Source: the human T2T-CHM13v2.0 reference genome, Homo sapiens. Taken from it: DNA of 64,000 nt. A program made the translations under genes and the position numbers. The DNA is taken from NCBI RefSeq assembly GCF_009914755.1, contig NC_060939.1; one strand, written 5' to 3'. Positions 45,579 through 61,400 of this stretch are shown here, one piece after another (positions within the stretch are counted from its first letter, which is position 1; every line of letters begins with the position of its first letter). The notes below the pieces were generated by a model that searched no databases, was not told the origin of the DNA, and worked only from the letters and a program-made list of their open reading frames with translations.

Positions 45579-46537
45579 TAGATCCTACCTCAGAGGAATA
45601 CCTTTGAAGATGTATAAAATTTCTTTGAAGGCTATAAGGTGCCGAATAACCTTAGGAGGGTTCACTGCTTGGCCTTAGTAGCGTTCATGATTTTGGATTT
45701 TGAATTGTTTCTATGTAACCCTGAAACACTCAGACTTACTTATTGCATTCAGGGTGTAGTTCATAGCATCAGCAGTTCTGCCAGGTTTGTAAGGAACACA
45801 CATCTGTTAGAGTGTGAAGGCCCTGGAGGAAGAAAGGTTGAGACAGGTTGATGTGCTTTTTTTTGTCTCTTATGGCTCTTTCTGAAATGTGTACCATGAT
45901 GATAACCAGGAACTTTTTTTTTTTTTTTTTTTTTGAGAGACAGGGTCTTGCTCAGACACTCAGGCTGGAGTGCATTGGTGCTCACTATAACCTTGAACTC
46001 CTGGGTTCAGGGAATCCTCCTGCTTCAGCCTCCTAAGTAGCTAGTACTACCGGCATGTACCACCATGCCTGGCTAATTTTAAAATTTAGAGATAGGGTCT
46101 TGCTGTATTGCCCAGGCTGGGCTCAAACTCCTTGCCTCATGCAATCCTCCCTCCTTGGCCTCCCAAAAGTGCTGGGTTTACAGGCATGAGCCACCATGTC
46201 TGGCCTGATAAGTAGGAGCTTTTGAAGTGGTTTCACACTGATTTTGTAGTTTTGAACTTGGATGCTTCTTTTGGGTAGTTGATGCAGTAACTAATACTGG
46301 TGCTGTCTTTCAGAACAGCTTCATGTGAAAAAGGCCTGCTTAAGCCTGTGTCTTTGGGAAGAACATCTCTGCCGCTGTTACAGCAGATACAGTAATAGCA
46401 AAGAAAGTCTTAAAGATGATTTAGCCCATGGCAAGGAAATATATGGGACTCTTGTTTGAATATAAACACTCACAGAATTCCAGTTTCACTTATTTATGCA
46501 CCTTTCAAAGAAAGGAAGAAGATACTGTGGTAGAGTA

Positions 46538-46829
46538 CAGTAGTCCTCCCTTATCTGAGTGGCATATGTTCCAAGACCCCTAGTGGATGCCTGAAACCAC
46601 AGATATCAATAGTACCAAACCCTGCATATACTGTGTTTTTTCCTATGCAGTATATGCCTATGATGAAGTTTAATTTATAAATTAGGCATAGTAAGAGATT
46701 AACAATAATAACCAATAAAAAAGAATTATAACAATATATTGTAATGACAGTTACATGAATGTGGTTACTGTACTCACTGTGGGTAACTGGAATTGTCAAA
46801 GCAAAACTACATTTAAGTGGGTACTCCTG
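46538..46829 (+). mobile_element. MER44A (Tigger7-family) DNA transposon
   Basis: TA-CAGTAGTCCTCCCTTATC...GTTCCAAGACCCCTAGTGGATGCCTGAAACC...AAGTTTAATTTATAAATTAGGCA..., with a degenerate right terminal inverted repeat followed by TA. Confidence 0.82.
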
Positions 46830-47438
46830 TAGCTGTTGGCCCTGCCTTGCCTATCTAGCTTAATTTTCCTCTGTTTTTCCGTTCACCTGCTGTGGTCCAC
46901 TTACCACTTTCTTTACTCTCCTCACTGTGCCACCAGCATACTGTTGCTTACCTTCTTACATCTGTCTGGTCTTGCTGACATGGTTTTTTTTTTTGTCTGA
47001 AATGCCCTCCTCCACTTTCTTGCATGATTTTTTTTTTTTTTTTTGAGACGGAGTCTCACTCTGTCACCCAGGCTAGAGTGTGCAGTCACATGATCTTGGC
47101 TCACTGCAACCTCTGCCCACTGGGCTCAAGTGAGTATCGTGCCTCAGCCTCCCGAGTAGCTGGGATTACAGGCGCACACCACCACGCCGGGCTAATTCTT
47201 GTTATTTTTAGTAGAGACGGCGTCTCACCATGTTGCCCAGCCTGGTCTCGAACCCCTGACCTCAGGTGATCCACTGCCTCAGCCTCCCAAACTGCTGGGA
47301 TTACAGGCGCCTGGCCCTCTTGCATGTTTTTATTTTTGTTTTATACTTGCCACTACACTTTAACTTCTGTGAAAACAGGGACTGTGATTGTCTTGTGTAC
47401 TGGTATTTCTCCACCGTCTGCTGTGGGGCCTAGAATAA

Positions 47439-47621
<183 letters not shown>

Positions 47622-47718
47622 TAATTTTTGTATTTTTAGTACAAAATTTAAAAATGATGGCCTCGATGTCGTGATCCGCCCTCCTCGGCCTCCCAAAGTG
47701 CTGGGATTACAGGTGTGA

Positions 47719-47958
<240 letters not shown>

Positions 47959-48136
47959 TGATATGCCTGCCTCAGCCCCACAAGGTGCTGGGATTACAGG
48001 CGTGAGACACCGTATCTGCCCCGGATGGTACCGATCTTTCAAGATCTTACATAAAGCTTATCTCCAATGTGTGTAGTCTTTTCTGAGCAACTCCATGCCA
48101 TGCTCAGTTACATCACTCCCTACTTAGTTATAATAG

Positions 48137-48691
<555 letters not shown>

Positions 48692-49109
48692 TGATCCGCC
48701 TGCCTCGGCCTCCCAAAGTGCTGGGATTACAGGCGTGAGCCACGGCGCCCGGCCTGTAACACTTCTTAATGGTGTGACCTCGGTCATATCACTTAACCTC
48801 ACTGAGCCTAGTTTTCCTCATTAGTAGAGTAAGGCTGGTAATAAGAAACCCATGAGGGAAGTAGGGTGGGAGAGCATCATCCAAAATAACATACACGGAA
48901 GCACTTTATGGGGAGGCAAGAGTGGGAAAAGAAAAAAGCACTTTATGATCACTGGAATGCTATGCAAATGGATGTGTTAATGATGCCGGCTTTTGATTTC
49001 TTCCTTCTTAGAAGGCTGAATGGTTCCTTTTGTTCTTAATAGCAAATTGTAAATGTTGATAAATCATGTTGATTTAGATATTTCATACGCTGCTTGTCCT
49101 TCAAATCTA

Positions 49110-50760
<1,651 letters not shown>

Positions 50761-51049
50761 CCCCAAAAGCAAAACTCATTCCAAGTCTTATGTACTTTAA
50801 TGTCAACTAATATTTGCTCTTTCCCATCCCTAGATTCCTTTGTGCTGCTTGTCTACATTGTATGATAAACATCACATTAAATGCAATCTCTCCCCTCCCA
50901 CCCCCTCTTTTTTTTTGAGATAGGATCTCGCTTGCTGTGTTGCCCAGGCTGCAGCGCAGTGGTGTGGATCGTGGCTCACTGCAGCCTCACCGTCTGGGCT
51001 CAAGTGATCCCTCCCCAGAGCCTCCACTTCCCAGTACCCGGGACTATAG

Positions 51050-51172
<123 letters not shown>

Positions 51173-52924
51173 TGAGAAGCTGGGACTACAGGCATGTGCC
51201 ACCATGCCTGGGTAATTTTTGTATTTTTAGTAGAGATGGGGTTTCACCTTGTTGGCCAGGCTGGTCTGGAACTCTTGACCTCGTGATCCGCCCACCTCAG
51301 CCTCCCAAAGTGCTGGGATTACAGGTGTGAGCCACCATGCCTGGCTATCGCCCAGCTGTTTTTGTATTTAATTTTAGATTCAGGGGGTATATGTGCAGGT
51401 TTGAGCATGATGCTGAGGTTTTGGCTTCTTGCATAAGTACTTTATTATATTACTATATAATTTTTATTCACTAAATCTACTTTATGAATCTTTTTCTTAT
51501 TAGGAAACATACTTTTTTTGTGTACAGTGTACAATTGAATGTACAGCATTGCTGATTCGATATATCATTATTGGTAGATTTGAGAACACCAAAATACATT
51601 TAAACAAACAAACTAGCAAAAAAAAACCTTTTCTGCTGGCTTTTCTTTTCTTTTCATTTAAGACAGGTTCTCACTCTGTTGCCCAGGCTGGTCTCAAACT
51701 CTTTGGCTCAAGCGATCCACCTGGCTCAACCTCCCAAAGTGCTGGGATTACAGGTGTCAGCCACTGTGCCCAGACACTTTCTCTTTTTTTCTTAACTCCC
51801 TCTTTGGAACTTTTTGCTAGCATTTCTCTGTGTGGATATTCCACCACATCCCCCTGAAGTATGAGTCAAGCAGTGGTGAATCTTTCTGACACATTGAGAA
51901 AGCAAATCCAGAGAACACAGAGACTAGGAACAAAATGAGGCAAACCTGAGAAGAAAGCTTAGGGTTCCAGCTTTGTTTCTGTTGTTCACTTTCAGAAACT
52001 GCCAATTTCGAAAAATCGTCCTGGTCTCTTGCTGCAACTTGATTGTGTTTTTACTTCATGTCCTGTGCCCTTGTTGCTCAGAATCCCAAGAGAGCTGTTT
52101 AGAGGCTCAGTTACATGTTTGCTAAGTTTTCGTCTTCTCCTCCCAAGATGAATAGTGTTTTGTTTTGAAATAGCAGGTGTTTTCTGAATCCCATGAAGGG
52201 CCAAAAGCTAAAAGTGCTGATCCTGACTCTGATTTCGCTGCGTAACTCCCAGGGGCATCCTGCTCTGATGTCAGGAAGGGAGTCAGGTTAAGAAGAGGTT
52301 ACCTGGAGGTTGAAGAGAAAATGGACAAGGTAGAAAGACCTTGAGCCCCTCCCTTTGAATAGTTGCCTGCTTAAGGACAATGCTTTAAAATTTTTGAATG
52401 TATGAATACCTTCTAAAGAAAAAACCTATAGACATTACATTCTCCAGTTTAACTGTGTTTATTCCATTATATATGTTTTTGGATAGTCGAGATCAGTTGA
52501 TTTTTTCCTGATTTTTACACATGGACATAATCCTCATCCTTGTCATTTTTATTGGCTGAAGAGTAGAGTTTGATAGGATCTGGCTAAGCAAATGACACTT
52601 TGTTGATTATTAGGTGGCTTCCAGATTCTTATTATTTAATGATAGGCTTGTAAATGTTTTTGAGTCCATTTATTTTGTTTTGCTTCTAGATGAATTCATC
52701 TACCAAATCAGAGGCAATGGACCGTGCTACTGCTGTTGTTACATATTAACAGAATATGTTCCAAAAAAAGATTGAACCAATTTACAATGTATATTTCAAC
52801 TGTTTCCTCAAGCCTCAGAACTTTTTTTTTCAGTTTAGTGGTTTTTGATAGTTTAATAGGCAGTTTAAGGGCTCCTTTAAAGGTCAGCTTGCTTCCCTTT
52901 AATTGTTGTATTTTTGAATTGCAT

Positions 52925-53430
52925 CAATTCAGTTTAAACTCATATTTATTGAATGCTTACTGAATGTAAATCACTATTCTGGGAGCTGCAGGTAGGTGAC
53001 TCAAGATGAGTAACATTATCTCAGCCTTCAAGGATCTTAAAATCTAATATGAGAGTGTAGGGGGAGATTTTAGGAGCACAAGAAGGAGGAAACAATGGCT
53101 GCAGAGTAAGAAAAGTGCCACAGAAAAGCTACAAAGCAAGCACTGTTGGAGCTTGGCCTGAGGAGGGAGTGTGCGCATCCAGGAGGGGAGATGAAGAGAG
53201 CCTTCATGGAGGAGATGACAGTTGAACTGGGTCTTGAAGGATGGCTAGGATTCCATGGGAATGGAGGGGCGTGGCAGGAAGAGAGCACGGGATGAGCAAC
53301 TTCACACAAGTGGGAAAGCCTGGGATGTGCAGAGAAGCCAGCAAGTAGTTGAGTGTGACGGGTGCATCGGTTCGGGTCGAAGGAAATGAAGCTGGAGAGG
53401 TAGGCTGAGGTGGTTTTGTGGTTCCAGGCT
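52925..53430 (-). mobile_element. L2 3' portion
   Basis: CATATTTATTGAATGCTTACTGAATGT...GCCTTCATGGAGGAGATGACAGTTGAACTGGGTCTTGAAGGATGG. Confidence 0.7.
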
Positions 53431-55610
53431 GAACATTTTGAAAAATCACATGCAAATTTTTCTTCCTTTCTGATCATTTTAAAGTATTTCTGAGTAGTTT
53501 TTATATGCTTTGTATTTTGAAGTTTTATAAATGATGTGGTTACTACATTGTTCCATTGTGTGTAATGTATTAAGAAAAAATATTTCATTTTTAAATATTC
53601 AAAAGCGTGTTTTTTGACTGGGCATTATGTATAGCATACTTTTCATTAGCGGTTTAACATCTGTCATCTCTCCACAACTAGCAGGAATATGTGGCTTCAT
53701 TTTCTTCTAACCTTTTTCCCCCTTTTGTGATTAACTCTTTTTCCCATGTGGAATTAATATGCTCGGTATGAGGTGTATGTCTAAGTTAATTTTTCTCCAC
53801 AGTGAAGTCTAGTGTCTTACTGGAGTTTACTAAACATGATGCATTTATCCATCTGTTGTATTTTCAGGTTTACCTTGGTCTTTATGATATTTTTATCTAC
53901 TAAAACTTTTAACCCACTCTTACGTAGTTTTGAGAGTCATATATATTTTTTAATTTGGTGGGGTTAAGGAAAACTTCAGCAATTTTCGTGGGGTATCTTT
54001 CCATTTGTTCATGTGTTCCTCTTTCTCATTTTAGGGTATTATAGTTTCTTAATAATTCTCTTGCGTCCTGAGTTAATATTTCAAATACGTAACATTTTGA
54101 TGCTGTTGTTATTGAACATTTTTAAGTTTGTATTTTCCATCTCGACTATGGTTTGTTTTGTATGAACTGGTTATATCCAGCAGCTTTGTTAAATCCACTT
54201 AATCTATCTAGTAACGTTTTTTGATTGAATATATATGCATTTGTAGATTTACTAGTGTCATCTGCAAAACAACTTTTTCTTTTCAATGTGATAGATATTT
54301 TATAGCTGTCTCATCTTGCGTTGCTCTCAGTAGCAGTTCTGGTGTCTCAGGGAACACTATTAAGTGTAACGAGGTTTCTCAAGGACCTCCTGGGCCAGGG
54401 ACTTTTCTGTTCTTTCCAAGGAGCTGTGAAAAAAGGAAGCAGCTGCCCAGATTTATAGAAGCAGAGCTTATTAGGGCTGGATGGGACCTAACAGGTTCTC
54501 TAGACCTGGGCCTTCATTTGAGAGATGAGGAAACCAGACCTAGAGAGGTGTGAATTTGCCAGAGTTCACACTGCTGCAGTGGAAGGAGGTGGTTGAGCTT
54601 TTACTCTTATTTTTTTATGGTACATATTACATACAGTACATGTTTTCATTTGGGAAAGTTACTTGGTTTGACAGTTTTCCAAGTTTACCCAACATTAAAT
54701 TTTGGTAACTATGCAATATCCTTAAAAAAATTATTTTCAAGTAATTATCTGAAGCTCTAGAAAAGGTTACCCCTCTATATCCTCACTCTCCTAGGTGGTT
54801 GAGGGAAAAGAGAATAAAGAAAAGTTGTGGGGTTGGGGCTGGGACAGGGAGGAAAGGGTATTTTAGTCCTTGATCCTTAGTAGGAGGGCCTATTTTTAAG
54901 CTTCATAATGTCAGTTTTAAAAGCAGTGGTTTTCAAAATAACCGCAGACGAAAGTCCCCTTGAAATGGATGCCTTTCTGGAATTGACCTATTTTGAGTTT
55001 AGCTGTTACCAGAAGGGTTCAGAATCTCGAATGCTCTTAAATGCATTTACTTTTCAGACAAAGTGGAAATTGAGTGCATAATCCACGTGGGTTCCAGATT
55101 CAGGTTAAATTTAGAAATTTGGGGAGTTGTGGAGAGAAGACATGAAATGAGTCAATCGTTGTTTTACAGGTTTGTCTGAATCCAGGTTAATTATGTTTCC
55201 TTCTTTATTGAATTATAATTTGTATATCCAGGTTAGTTTTACAAATTAGATCAGACCCTCAGTCCATTTGAGAGTAGACTCAGAGTCAGAATTATTTGCC
55301 CCCTTTGCTGCTTTCATACCACCCTTTAGTAAACAGTCCTCAAGAATGTCCTTATGTCGGGGAGGGCAGACCTCAGAAGTTAGCAAGAATTCCAAGCTCA
55401 CTGTAAACCTTTTGTTTAATGGTTTACTCAAATCCAGATAGAAATTCTACCAAAATGCCAGCCTGTATTTCAGCTCCTCTTTCTTGGAGTCTTTAGGATG
55501 GTGGGAAAACAGGCAGAAGAAAGCTGTTTAACATTCCAATAATTATTAATAATAGAAAATGTATCCTGCTAATCAGGCACTCATTTGCGTCCACTGATAA
55601 AACTAGGTCA

Positions 55611-55805
<195 letters not shown>

Positions 55806-56479
55806 TCAGAAAAAAACAAAACAAACAAAAACAGTGGAATATTGGGCTAAGCTCTTAACACATTATATTTAGAGATTGCAACACTTCAATATTTACTGGA
55901 ATACTCCTATAAAACGGTCTCTTTTGCCTTGTTTTATTTTGGTAACTAAGTGAATGCTGGGTTAGCCATAAAGGTAGCTTGCTGCATTTCTATTTCTTGT
56001 GTTCTAAATCACTGAATAATTTTTTAAAAAAGTAGTTCTAAAGCATTTCCAGTTAAAAAGGAAGGCGTAACATTTATTAGGGGAAGTCAAGGGGAGAGGT
56101 AGTGAGGAAAGTACCAGAAACCACCAACAGGTGTTTCGGTTACGTTGAACAAAGAATCAGCTTGATATGCAATCCCTGGGAAGAGTTTGTAAATTCCTGA
56201 AGGAGGGTGAGAGCTGGAGGGGACACGGTGAGCGGAAATGGTGAGCGGAAATCAGTGGTTCCTGAGGCACAGAGGACTTGGGTTACCGGAGGCTTGCCCT
56301 CAGCTGAGGACCTGGGAACAATTCCTGAGCAAGTTGCTTTCTTGATAGACAAGGATGCATCTGTAGGACCACTGCTGTTAATCTGTGGGGCAATAAGAAT
56401 TGATCCTACTGCAAGAAAGAGAGTAGGATAAGTCAGAAGACATGGAACTTGTATCCCTAGAGGACATCGCAACTGGAAA

Positions 56480-56690
56480 AATAGCTACCATTTATGAAGG
56501 CCTACCTCATCTCTTTGCATTCATTATCTTGAATTTGCACTAAAATTCTGCAAGAAAGGTCATAGTATTCTATTTTACAAATAAGGAAAATTAAGCTCAG
56601 GGAAGTTATTTCATAAGGTTGCACAACTAGTAGGTGGTAGAGCTAAGTTTAGACTCAGGTCTGTCCTACTCTGATAGGCATGCTTTTTCC
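56480..56690 (-). mobile_element. MIR
   Basis: ATTTTACAAATAAGGAAAATTAAGCTCAGGGAAGTTA...GCACAACTAGTAGGTGGTAGAGCT. Confidence 0.7.
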
Positions 56691-56757
56691 ACACGGCCCT
56701 CTCAGTACTGTGTAAAATGCCAGAGGGCTTTCTGGATCTTCACTTCCCAAAACTGCT

Positions 56758-56914
56758 AAATTTAAATTAATTAAAATTAAAGTTGAAAAATCAGTTCCTA
56801 GGTTGCACTGCCCACATTTCAAGGGCTCAGTGTCCATGTGTGGCTAGTGGCTACTATACTGGACCAGCACGGATTAGAATGCTTTCTTCATTGCAGAAAG
56901 TTCTATTAGTGCTG
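56758..56914 (-). mobile_element. MER3 (hAT-Charlie) DNA transposon fragment
   Basis: CACATTTCAAGGGCTCAG...ATGTGTGGCTAGTGGCTACTATACTGGAC...TGCAGAAAGTTCTATT. Confidence 0.78.
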
Positions 56915-58200
56915 GTCTAGAGGTCATTCAGTTTTGCCCCTTTATTTAATTTTTTCCCCCTTTTATTCCACAAAGGAGAAAATGAGGGACAAAGAAAGGA
57001 AGTAACGTTCAGCATCAGACAGCTAATTAATCCAGTTTTTTGGACTGGTTGCCTGTTAGATTTTCCCATGCCCCACATTCTTCCCTTAAAAAAATGAACA
57101 GAATGGAAATGTGAGAAATGGAGTGACTCCGCTACTCTCCCAGCTTTGCCTGGCCTTTAAACTAGATTCTTTCTCCCAAAGAATCCTGCATTTTACCAAG
57201 TTCAAAGGGCATGTCCGGATTAGTTTCCCCAAAGGAAATGAAATATATTTGTTGGAAAGGAATTCCATTCTTAATGTATGAAATAGCACTTGGATTCCCT
57301 CTGGTTCTTTCTCTGACTTCCTACCAAGCGCTTTGTAATTGAACTTGCAGCTGCTAACCATTTGTCTTCCAAAGGAGACCAACTTCAAACAGTTCAAATG
57401 ACAGAGGGATGTATACTTTGAATGCAAGCAGCTGCCTATTATTTGCCATTGATTCAAATGGCATTTATGTTAGAGTCAAATAGATTTAGATTATGGCCAA
57501 AATTACAACAATAGATTTCTAACTTGTATGTTAAGAGTAAGATGTATTAACAGTCATTGAACTGATGTTTAGTGTTTAACTCATACATACCAGGCACTGG
57601 GTTGCAACATGAACTAAAAGGACTTTTGCTGAAATGGAAAAAGATGTCTTATTATGGACAAGTTGAATGCATTTTAAATTCCTGTCTGAATTATATTGCT
57701 GGTATTTGCCATCCATGTACCTTCCTGTTTAGCCTTGAAATTCAGTAAAAGCCTCAGTGTGGATCATACTTCATAGCTCTGAAGTAAAGTGAGGAGTCAT
57801 GTGCAAATGTCCTTTTAGTAGATGCTATTAAAAGGCATTTAAATTATACACTCCAGTGTCTAAATGACAGTCTGAAGTGTATGTGTGTTTGGAGGATGGG
57901 CAAGTGGGAGCAAAAGGAGGCATTGTGCTGGGGCGATTGATATTTTTAGGAAGCCTAAATGTAATGTTTGATTTCGGTATAACTAACAGACTCATGGTTT
58001 AGAAAAGTTGTCTATCAAAAACTGAGAAATTGAGGTTTTGGTTTCTTCTTAAAGAAATGTTCAAGTCATGTGCATGAGTATGCTCAGAGAGATTAAAAAT
58101 GGAGAGAAATTGGAATGGTGGCAAGGTATCCAGGAAAGTACCTGTCTTCTCTGAGAGTCCAAGGGCAGGAGCAGAAAGGACTTTAAAGATGGTGGCAACA

Positions 58201-58472
58201 GGCTGGGTGCGGTGGCTCACACCTGTAATCCCAGCACTTTGGGAGGCTGAGGCGGGCGGATCACCTGAGCTCCGCAGTTTGAGACCAGCCTGACCAACAT
58301 GGAGAAACCCCATCTCTGCTAAAAATACAAAAAATTAGCCGGGCGTGGTGGTGCATGCCTATAATCCCAGCTACTTGGGAGGCTGAGGCAGGAGAATCAA
58401 TTGTGCCATTGCAGTCCAGCCTAGGCAACAAGAGTGAAACTCTGTCTCAAAACAAAACAAAACAAAAAAAAA
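58201..58472 (+). mobile_element. Alu with an internal right-arm deletion; target-site duplication AAAGAT(G/T)GTGGCAACA
   Basis: Alu consensus match with duplicated flanks. Confidence 0.88.
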
Positions 58473-61400
58473 GATTGTGGCAACAGCTGGAAGGGGTCCC
58501 CAGGAGCTCTGACACAGGGTTTTCCAACTGCCCAACATCACGGGGTTGGGGAGCAGAGCATCCAGAGGGCTCCGTGTATTGTTTTGTAGTATAGGGTCTA
58601 ACTTCTAGAAAGTTGGGAATAGGCTTCTGAGAGTTTTGGAGTCAACAGGCCTGAATGCAGAATGATCAAAAGAAGATGGCTATTCCTCTCAGAGTGGTGC
58701 TGGTTTTGGGGGCCAGCAGTGCAGTGAAAAGCCCAATTTCCCAATCCTATTTTGAATATTTCTGCCCCCACAAGCGTTTCATTTGACTCCAGAGACTAAC
58801 CACTCTTCCAGAGGGTCTAGAAGTCTTCAGGCTTCAGAATTTTTAGGCCATAGTGCTTTGGAATAACAGTCCCTTGTGTAGAAAAGTGTGAGATCTGAGC
58901 TCTTTTCCTGGTCAACCTGTGAAGTCACTGCATGACCAACTCTGTGCCTCAGGTTTTTTCTCTGCAAAGTGGGAGTGATGGTAATGGCTTCCTACCTTTC
59001 AGGGTTTGTATATGAGCTGCACATAGTTTCATGGGTTACCACTCAGCATGCTTTCAAGCAAGTAGAGATTACATTTTATTGTTGAAAGAAATCTTGGTTG
59101 TCTTCTGTTGTAATCTTACCTTGAATCCAGGGCTACAAAGAAGGGTTAAAGCTAGATATGGCTCATGCCTGTATTTCCAGCTACTTAGAAGGCTGAGGCG
59201 GGAGGATTACTTGAGCCCAGAAGGTTGAGGCTGCAGCGAGCTGTGGTAGTGCCACTACACCCCAGCCTGGCCAACAGAGCAAGACTTCGTCTGTTAAAAA
59301 CAAAACAAAAGAAAAGAAAAACCAAAGTAAGGTTAAGAGAAGTTGGCTATGTCACACAGTATGTTCTATTTGGAATTTTGTGACTTTTGAGTAACATAAC
59401 CTAAAGGCCGTGTGGCACAGTGGAAAGGCTTTGTAGCCAGCAGACTTTGAGTTTGAATTCTGACCCTGCCTTACTATGTCTGTGGTCTTGTGCAAGTGCT
59501 TTTACATCCTTGGGTCTGTTCCCACATCTGTAAAATGGGCATAACAACATTTATCCAACAGAAAGGATTCATACACTCTGTGTGTAAACTGCTTTTTGTG
59601 ATTAACAAGACTAATGATAACAGCCAAGATTAGATCCCCAGTGCAGGTTGCCTTACTTTCTATCAGGTGAGAAGGAGAGAAAATTCTTAGTTCCCAAAGA
59701 ACTTACAGTGACGGGGCTCTTCAGCTGCTCTTTATCCAACAGACTTAGAATAGAGACAACACCGGGCATACTTGCAATTTTTTAGGATGTGCAGGAAGCA
59801 AAAGAATTATTTTCAGTGAAACAGGAGTCTGCAAAAGGTGCCTTAGGAAACAACTGCCACACAGTACATCCCAATATAGACTCCTCCCAGCTTCTCTAGG
59901 GCAGCCATCTGCCTGACAGGCCCCACCCAGATAAGCCCAGCTTTCTTCTCCCAAGAGTTTAAGGAAGATTTCCTGATGTATGTGTGCGTGTGTGTGGGGG
60001 TGGTATGGGGTTGTGTTGGGCGGGGGTCAAGAGGGGTGTTAATTTGGGATGGGTAGTCACTGGCTTTTGGTGGCATAACTGGAAGGTAACACTCCCTGTG
60101 GCTGAATCCTGATCCCTGTGGGGATCAGCGCATGGTTCATCCAGACATCTTCCTCAGTGGGTCCTGGCCTCTGCTCATACTATGTCTTCTACTGGGGATT
60201 CCCGTCTCCACCTCCAATATACGTATGTTGAAATCTTCATCTTACGTCAAAGCTCAACTTGGAGGTCATGTCTTATGTAAATCCATCACAGACCTCTCCT
60301 CCACCCCATCCGGGCAGCGGTCATCTGCTCCACCCTCCGGAGCACTCTGTACATATTCCATCACACTTCAGTTACTTATGTAATTGTCTAGTCAGCAGAA
60401 GATACTCCTCTCCAAAGGGCAAGGTTCTGCTAACCGCTGTGAAGCCTGGCTTTGAGTTTATGAGGGGTGATTCTTTTCAGTTTATAATTTCTTGGCACAG
60501 GAGGGTCACAGTGTTGTTGGTAACCGTAGCATCTGTCCTGGGAGGCTCTGTATGCTCTTCATTGTTCATACATCCATTTATTTCTTCACTCAGCCACATG
60601 AGGCATGTGGGATATATGTTATCTCTGCTTGATACATGAGGAAACTGATTCTGGTTAAAGGACTTGTGCCTGTCATACAGGCAGCTAAGAGTGCCTATAG
60701 TCCTTTGTATTGCCTTTTCAGCCAACAGTCCCATCCCAGCCCAAAGGAGGAAACATTTGGGGAGCATATACTGGTGAGAACATCTTCCCTATTCTGTGGC
60801 GTTCTCTTAGCCTTATGCCTGGCACAGAGGAAGGCTCTGGGAATGTTTGGGCCGGATGGATCTGGGAGCCTCTTTTGCATGCCAAGCTGCATACTTATCC
60901 CTAGCAAATGCTGGTCTCCTTGATGGATATGTGACATGGGTGGCTGAATTTACATGGCACCTGGTGGCTTCTCACACTCCTCCGCCACGCCTCTGGGGAC
61001 TAGGATAGGACAGATGGCCACAGACAGGATTCTCAGCTCTGCAAATCACATTTGGGAAAAAGTTAAGTTTGTGCAATAACACAATTTTGGTAACATGGTT
61101 TCATGCTGCTGGTAAATTCTATAACACTCTCTGGATAAATCACACTTCAGCAGAACTCACTTGGGAACAGAGTTTAATTTCACTGTAGGTGGCTGTGATT
61201 CCCACCCACCAGTCTTCACACCCCCGCTAATATATCTAGGCTGATAAGGTGAATGCTGTGCTAAGCAGGCTATTTCTGGGCCCAGGATAGAATTACATTG
61301 TGGTTTTTAAAGAATTTTTTTCTGTATATTTTTCTATTCACAGACCCTTTGAAAGAAGAATTACATTATGTTAATCATCCGTTTCCCCATCAGCACCTTT

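Noticed and set aside
53070-53588. 172-aa minus-strand ORF with an ATG start
   Set aside because: Falls in degenerate L2/L1M sequence; no recognisable protein motif.
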